From the human T2T-CHM13v2.0 reference genome, Homo sapiens: a stretch of DNA of 64,000 nt. Positions within the stretch are counted from its first letter, which is position 1; each line of letters begins with the position of its first letter. The translations under genes and the position numbers were made by a program. Under the pieces are notes generated by a model, which was not told the origin of the DNA, made no database searches, and saw nothing but the letters and a program-made list of their open reading frames with translations. The stretch lies in NCBI RefSeq assembly GCF_009914755.1, contig NC_060934.1; one strand, given 5' to 3'. Of the stretch, positions 55,501 through 64,000 are shown piece after piece.

Positions 55501-57674
55501 GCTAATCACATAATTGCTGGAAATGTGCATAATTGCCTGATCCCAACATATAATTATAATGTATAGCAACATTATGAATCCCATTTTTAAAATCCACATT
55601 TTGGGGCTATTTAAAGTTATTTATTAGAACTGTTTGTGGACTACCTATAGGCAGGCTTCAACTCTGTTTCTTTACGAAGCGCTCAAAGTGCTTTAAAAAA
55701 ACAAACAAAAACAAAACAAGTCCTGATTTTATAATGCATCTGTACAAAGATAGGTGAAAAGAAAACAGCTACTCAGAACAAAAACAAATAAATCTTAAAT
55801 ACCAAACAAAACCATTTGTCAACACTCTGTGGATTATGTTCTTTCCTCGGGGAAAGAGAAAGTCACTCTCTCATCCTGGAGGCTCTGATGGGTGTTTGCC
55901 AGGCAAGGAGGCTGCTGGAAGAAGGAAAGAGCCAGAGGGACTTCTAGACCACTTGGGTAACCTTGCTGACCCTGGAGGCGCCTGTCTTTGTTCCTTATAC
56001 GTATGGATGACCTTTCTTGGGGGTACATCCCACTGACATGTGCTTCCACCATGGCAAGTTCAACCCACTGAGAAGAGCAGAAGAGCCCGCGACACAGAAG
56101 AGACCCACTGGGGAAACTCCCTTCCACCTCATCCCCGGCAGCATCTTCTCAGACTTCTCATCCTCCTGCGACAAAGGTGATGCAGAATGAGATTCCCAGA
56201 CTTTCTAACTATCTATGTGTTTCACAGAAACCAGCTTGTCTCCTTTTTCCTCATATCCACCCAACCAGCTCAACGTTCTCATTCCTTTTATCCTCTGTGG
56301 TCGTGAGAACATTCCAGAGGTGCGGAATGTTTCATGAGCTTGTTTATTTAAGAGGAGGTCCCTTTTATTTTTGCAGAGGAAATGGAGAAGCACCCTCCCT
56401 GAGTCATGTTACAAGGGGACTACTCACAACTCAGCTGATACCATCCTCGGGGGACCATTTTCCACGTCTCTAACACATTCGAACAAAACGCAGTAAAACG
56501 AAACACATACTTTTTTCAAGTTGCAATCGCAACAGCCGCAGGAAAGGGGAGCAGTGTTTACAGACTGATTCTATCATAATCCACAAGAAGCAGCTCTAAC
56601 AAAAAGTTACCACCAACAACAGCCATTGTGGTTTATTAAGTTCTACAAACCCAGGGCTCTGCAAGATGCTCTTCTGGGTTCCCTTTGCAATGCTGAGTGA
56701 TTGTTAGCTAGCCCTCATTTCCAACCAATAGATGTTTGGGGCAAACCAAAGGAGCTCTGGCATAATGCGATAAAGTAGGTACTAAAACCCTCCAGCTGGT
56801 GCAGTTCACAATGTCAATTATGTCAGCAGACTAAACAGATAGGAAGATCTCCATTATACTTGAGAATGAGGAGACCACAATCTTGTTCTGATCAGCCTGT
56901 GTTACGAGAGGGCTCCTTCGTAATAATTCTTACATGGTATTATAGGATTGCTTGATAGCAGGCATCAGAAAAAAAAGGAACAATTATAAATAGCAAACTC
57001 AAAGAGTTACATTAAAAAAATTAAAATGTGGCTTTTACATTGGCTAGAAAGACCATTATTCCAGCTCATTTGGCTGGAGTCCCAAAGACTGTCTGTGTCC
57101 TGCTCTCCGAGTAGAGACACAGCCTGGCGGAGTGAATCCCCACGGCAGATTCTGGGCACACAGAAGGATCAAGCTCCATGCCACTTTTTCTTGCTTTGAA
57201 AAGTTTCAAAGAGGAAGGGGCTGGACAGGCCTTACAAAACAGGGAAAGGTTGTACAAGTATCTGTGCAGGGGTGATGCTCAGATTCCAGCGGAGTACCTG
57301 GAGTGGGACCCTGGAGAGGCCTGCCTGATTCCAGCCTAGGGACCCACGACCAGGGCTTGATGTTGACATTGTGTAGCAGGCGGGAGGGGACGAATTTTAA
57401 GGAGCTGGTGTATCCAGACACCAAGAGCAGGAAGACAAAGTTCCTACAAGCCTGGGAGCAGACCGGGTAAGCACAGCAGAACATGGCAGCTTCATGCTTT
57501 TAATCATTTAGAAAGAAAAAAAAAACAAACCTAAGGGACGCAGAAGTCCCTGTGTCAGGTGTAGGCAGTGGGGAGGGAGAAAAAAACAGTTTGACAGGCT
57601 CTCTGCATATCAATACAGAACATTCTACAAGTAGTTGATAGAATAGAAACATGGTGAGAATTCAAAGCTAGAGG

Positions 57675-57676
<2 letters not shown>

Positions 57677-57713
<37 letters not shown>

Positions 57714-57720
57714 TGTGTGT
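57677..57720. repeat. (TG)n microsatellite
   Basis: Seen directly. Confidence 0.92.
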
Positions 57721-59990
57721 TAGATGTTCAAGGCCTTCAGGTGGAAGAAAGAGCTGAATCCAACAAGCTGGTATGAGAGAAGGCCAAACAGAAAAAAACA
57801 GACTGCCCGGGTTCCTGGGTGCAAACTGCCTACTGCTCAACGCCTCTCTGGCAGCACCTGTGAGATGGGTGCCACCTGTCCTGACCCATAACAGGTGCCA
57901 CAAGGACTAAGTCAGCTTATACATAGGAGGAGCACCAACAAAGCACTTGGGACCAACTGTGAGTACTTAATGAGATGGCTAGGGAGCTGACATATAGATG
58001 GTGACCCACACTGGAGTAACTGCATTTTGGCCTGTCTGCGTTGATAGTTATTGAGAAATTTAAAATATATAACTGCAAATGTATCTGGAACACCATGCAT
58101 AGACAAGGTAATGCAAACTTCTGTTATAAAAAATTGGCTGAAAATTTCCTATTACACATGAAGGGGGTGGGAAGGTTGGTGAACCATCCTTCAGCACCTG
58201 TCTGGATGGGACAGAGGGTCTGCAAGCAGACAATGGTTTTGCCCAAGTCAGGTTTATACAGCCATGGAAACACACAGAGGAAACGCTGCTAGCTCTTCAA
58301 TCCCATTCTAGTTTCTGATGCAACATCCCTGGAGAATCCTGGGTGCAGGGGGTGGAGTCAGCCCCAGAGGCATTCCTGCTAGTAACCTTGGAAAGCTGAG
58401 TCACGAGCGTGTTCCAGAAGCAAGTACTCAGTAACCTCAATCAAGCACCTTTACAGTGGAAGTCAAGAGTAAATTTTACAACTCCCCATACAATCTGGTG
58501 AACCCATACTGTGGAATAGTCTACAAATCAATGGGGCCTGGGCTCTTCAGTAAGTCCAATGTCTCTGAAAGTCAAAAAAGCCCAGGGGATAATTTTAGAC
58601 TAAGGAGACTAGAGAGATGTAACAACTAAACACAATGCGTGACCCTTATCTATTGCACAGGCAAAGAGACGTGGAGGAAATGCGAATATGCAGCCTATAC
58701 TAGACAATACTGTCCCTGAGGTTAGATTCCTGGGGTTCATTCCGGTACTGGGAGCAGTAGGAAATTGGATAAAAGGTGCCATGCCATAGGTAGTCCAGAG
58801 TAAAGTGCTGCCCCTGAATTTTTTCAGATGGTTCTGGAAGAAAATCCATCATCTACTCACACAGTGTCTATTTATATGTATATCTCTATCTTTATCTCCC
58901 CTCAAAAGAATCTGGAAAACTGAATGGAATATTGGTGTTCACTGTACCATCCTACCAACCTCTCTGTAGGTTTTTATAATTTCTGAATGTTTACTTTAAA
59001 AAAACCCTTTAACGCCAAACTCCTTATACTGAACCCCAGGAATGTCAGTGCTTTTGTGTTCTTGCAGCGCAGAGTTCTGTGAGGCCATGGAGTCACTCAG
59101 CAGAATGTCTATGATGTCCCCACCCCGTGTGGCATGAGCCACATCTACTTATAGGACAGACAATTCCATATGGGCAGCTGCAGGGGAAGCCCTGTGGGTT
59201 GCATATTCCTGTCCACAAACTGGTGGGTCAGCTACTAAACTTCAGCGTGTGTGTGAAGGGTGCAGAGGGGGCTGCGGAGCCATCTTCGCTTCCCTCCGAG
59301 AGCCACCCTGTAGGGCAGTACCAGCAATCACCCTGAGCAAAGAGCAGCCCTGTAGCACTGACCCCATCTGGCAGGTGCACTCACCCCTAAACCCGAACCC
59401 ACACGCTGGTTTCTTACCACCCGCTAGCTGGAAGAGCGCAGTGCTTAATCAACACTTCAGAGTTTTGTCCCCAGGTTTCCATTAGATTTTAATTATGTTT
59501 ATTTTTCCTTTCATGAACAGAACACTTCCAGACATTTCCAAAGATACCAGGGACATGAACACACCACGAGGGGCAATGCTGGGCTCTTCAGGAATCTCAT
59601 AGTATCAGGGAATTCAGCATTGTAAATATCTTAATCCAAAACAGGTAAAGTCCTGAGATTTCAGGAAGTGAAAAAAGATGGTCCTAATCAACACCATCTT
59701 TTATATGCAAAATAACCTTAGGTACATGGAAGACATAGACCTCAGGGCCCACCAGCCCTGAAACTGTCCTCCTAGTCACCAACCCCGCCCCAGAAGCCAG
59801 GCCTTGTCCTAAGCCAAGGCCAGGCCCACGGCCAAGGACACCCAGCAGAGGGTGCCAATGGTATGCAGTGTTGGAATCGGAGGAGGGACTCTGGCTTGGG
59901 GAGTGGCACAGCCAACTCAAGGGAGCAGCCAGCGAAGATTTGAGTGAGGGACTACGTATGTTTGGTAAAAACCGCCAAACACGCTCTTAC

Positions 59991-60048
59991 CTTCACAAAT
60001 TCTGTCCAATCGCTGTCTCTTGACTTTGTGCTTATCCACAAGGGCCAT
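59991..60048 (-). CDS. CTBP2: CTBP2 canonical first coding segment (MALVDKHKVKRQRLDRICE/G; NLS KVKRQR) within exon 60149-59991; gives 445-aa CtBP2
   Basis: ATG at 60048-60046; GAAG|GTAAGA phase-1 donor; acceptor ccttgtttcag before 60149. 19+1+425 = 445 aa. Too short for the ORF track. Confidence 0.95.
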
Positions 60049-61114
60049 TCTTTATGGAACTTTGCAACTCTCAGATCAAAAGGCAAAGCAGTCCTCTAAG
60101 AACTTAGGGGAACTTGCAGGAGTCTGCGTGCATGACGCCACTATGAACCCTGAAACAAGGAGAAAAGAATCCTTACTCTCTGGAGACCCTCTGGGCACAG
60201 GACAACAGCTCACTGGGGACTTAACTGCTACTTTCTATAAGGGAACCTGCCATGCGGACACATGGGACTTGCTCTTTTCCCAAAGCACTGGGAATGGAGG
60301 CTGCACCAAGTGCATCTCAGCCGCCTCCTGCTTCTTATCTCATAATAGAAAGCAAGTGAATGCACACAAGACAATCGTCAGTTATTTCTGGAAGCAGCAA
60401 ATTCCAACAGATCTCTTGCTTTTAACTTTAGGGCTATAAATTCCAATTTACTGACCAATTTGAAGTGTAATAAATTATATTCCAGTGGCAGAGACCAAGT
60501 GACAGCCAGTTGGACCTGCCCCAAACGCACTCACACTGAGATGCAGACGCACACCGTGGCGACTCGAGGGGCTCTGCGAAGGCCTGCTGCCAGGTGAGTT
60601 ACAACAATGCTTTCCAAAATAGCCGCGCAGGGGTCAGGGGTCAAAGCCACAGCTCAGCACAACACAAAACCCTGACTCTACCACGTGAGAACGCGGGTGG
60701 GAAGCCCCAGGAGCTCCTAACCAACGTTCCTCCGATGCCGCCTTCCTGAACCTTCCTTGCAGCTGGAGGGGACCGCAGTCAGCACCAGCAAGGGCAGGGT
60801 CCCAGGCTGCTGGCCTTGACACTTGGTCCCAGCTATATGGGCTGAAGTATTTCTTAGTGTGAGAGTGTAACCATCCCCATGACGTTTCAGGTAGAGGTGA
60901 GGCTGATGGAGGAGGCAAGAAAGGTCTCCCATGTGGTTTGGGGTATCTGGGATTCTCTAGAGGGAGACCTGACTGCGGCCTGGGGAAGAGGAGCTGCTGC
61001 CCATCCTCCTTCTCAGGAGGATCTGAGCACTTTGGAAGCCTCTGACTGTCACCAATGTGCCCGGTGAGGTCCAGATCATTAACAGCTGTCCCCAATATCC
61101 CAGCTTTTAAGTCA

Positions 61115-61555
<441 letters not shown>

Positions 61556-61585
61556 TCAGTCTTATTTTAAGACCACCACCACAAC

Positions 61586-61588
<3 letters not shown>

Positions 61589-61616
<28 letters not shown>
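61589..61616. repeat. (CA)n microsatellite
   Basis: Seen directly. Confidence 0.9.
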
Positions 61617-61621
<5 letters not shown>

Positions 61622-62077
61622 AAGTGGTTCTCAGTGATCTAGCAGAAAGAAAGAGGAGAGATAAAGATAAAAATGAGGCCCAAGGGGTAGAAATGAGGAT
61701 AATGATGTACGGTCATCAGTTATGCAAAACATTAAGAGTTACTTTATCAAAAGGTCAGACTGCAGGTCTACCAGGTTTCTGTAAGTTAACGGCTAATTTC
61801 CCAGCAACGAAGCTGAAAAGGCATCCGAAAGATTTATGGCGATAATTACGTGATTCTCCATAAAAGAGCTACGAAAAAGCACAATTTCCAATCACATAAA
61901 TAATTAATGTAACATCCCTGAGATACCAAACCCTTTCAACGATTGGGAAGTTCCCCCAAAACGGGGACTGACCATATCGGATCAGTCAGGAGATGGAGGT
62001 TGTCATAGAATGTGTGGGGTTACCCTTGAGCAGATCCATGTGGACGTATTTTAAAAATTGGTTTTGCTAGTGTTGGC

Positions 62078-62372
<295 letters not shown>

Positions 62373-64000
62373 CAGTGCTGGGCTTTCTGAAAGGTAACCA
62401 CACAAAAAAAGAGTCCCTAACTATAGCCAACTTAAGAGTTATTGGAGTGGGGGCGGGGGGCCAAACCTATTGATCTGAGCTTTTGTCCATCCCCACCCCC
62501 CCTCACCCACAAGTGACTCTAGGTGAGGCTGACCAGGGAGGCTCGGGCCAGCAATTGTCATTTGCTCAGGCGCAAGCTCTGATGGTCAAACTGCAGTCTG
62601 GCCCCTCCTTGACTCTGTTGTAAAAACAGAATTCCACATCAGCTGCGTCATCCAAGGGGGGAAGAGAATTAATCAGTTAATTTTTGTGAAGACCTCGGAG
62701 ATGAAAAATGACAGCATTATAATCTGAGGCAAGGCGGGTTTCACACCCTCCTCCCCCAACCCCCGAGTGAGGCGTAATCATTCCTTTTGCTTTCCTTTGA
62801 ATTTTAATTTGTATAATTAGATGGCTTCCTGAAAAATTGATAAGTAGAATCTCAATCATGCAATCAAAGGAAAGATCAGCCATCAGCTTCCACAAACGCC
62901 AATATTCTACTATTAAAAAAAAAAAAAGAGGCTGACTCCCATGTCTGGCTTTTTTGGGGGTGGGGGTGGGGGAGGGGGGTCACTCTGTTCTGGACCTTCT
63001 GTGGGTTCCTTTCTGCACACCCCAGGCCAGTGGCACCGACCCATGTTTAGGGCTGGCCATCTTGGCTCCCAAGGCCACCAGCCTCTGGGTCTGGTCTGGG
63101 CAGTGACCATTGACTTGTGTAGCCTCAATCCTCTCCCCCGATATCTCTTGTGCAAAAAGAATGTATGAAATGTGACATTTTCCTCCTTAGCCCTCCCAAG
63201 GAGCAAGCTATTTACGAGGACTTAATTAACATAACCATCTTCCAATGACAGCCACAGGCCCTCCTTAGAGCTGAGCTGCACACAGCGGCCTCCAGCTGGT
63301 CTCCATGCTGAGCAAGCCAGCACCCCCGATCCACGCTGGCTCTGGGCTCCCTGACATCACAGCTCTCTTGGTGATGCCTGCTATGAAAACCAGGCTCCAC
63401 TCATAAATCAATTTTTCCCCCCTAAACACCAAACAATACGGGCACAAATAAGGAAGGAACAAAAGCAGAGGGAACGTGTTTCACTATTCCACTTCTGCTG
63501 AAATTGTTCCTCAAATCATGCCAGGGGCGGAATCGTGGGTGGAGGGAGTTCTAGACCCCACTCGTGGAATGAGCTTGGATGAGCTGTTCTGGAGACTCAG
63601 GCTCCTTGTCTGTAGAATGGGATGTCACTGTGATGTCCCAGAGTGGCAGTGAGGACCAGCCAGTGAGGATATGCACAAAAACACTCGGTGGGAGCCTGCA
63701 GGTCTCTGTGAGCTGCTCCTGCCTTTCCTTTGACACCCCCTTGCACACTCATCCCCGCAGCGAATAATCATTCCCTTCTGGCTGAGGCTGGGAGGTAAAC
63801 CTCAGTGAAGGTCAAGGTCAACAGGAAAGCTGTATCTTTTCAAAAGGAAGAAGAGTGCCCTGAAGCCAAACCGCACAAGAAGAAACACTACCTCCTCCCA
63901 AAAGGAAAGTTACGGGTATCACAGGCCAAACTCCAACCAAAGATCAGAAACGTGGACCTTAAATTTTATTTGCTTTAAGTGAGGGCTGTGATCTAGGGCT

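Overview
Human (or very closely related primate) genomic DNA from the ZRANB1/CTBP2 locus; from recall this is chr10q26. It is not prokaryotic, so most of the ORF track is noise. The + strand carries the last four coding exons of ZRANB1/TRABID (C-terminal OTU deubiquitinase region) and its long 3' UTR. The - strand carries the complete coding set of CTBP2, tail-to-tail with ZRANB1. Eight shared exons (24508 to 10537) encode the NAD(H)-binding D-2-hydroxyacid-dehydrogenase-like B domain. Three alternative N-terminal exons all end in phase 1 and splice in frame to the acceptor at 24508: (i) 60048-59991, NLS peptide MALVDKHKVKRQRLDRICE, giving 445-aa CtBP2; (ii) 48782-47105, the RIBEYE A-domain exon, giving the 985-aa synaptic ribbon protein, preceded by a CRX/OTX site cluster; (iii) 26824-26563, an 87-aa N-terminus giving 513 aa, preceded by two tandem RFX X-boxes. 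The introns hold Alus, L1/MIR fragments, a MaLR LTR, MER20, a solo ERV1 LTR with a 4-bp TSD, microsatellites and several enhancer-like motif clusters. I found no wholly new gene system. The best leads are CtBP-binding motifs (RRT and PXDLS-like) inside the RIBEYE A domain, the RFX-associated internal first exon, an in-frame acceptor just upstream of the RIBEYE ATG, and an in-frame 60-aa alternative donor extension.
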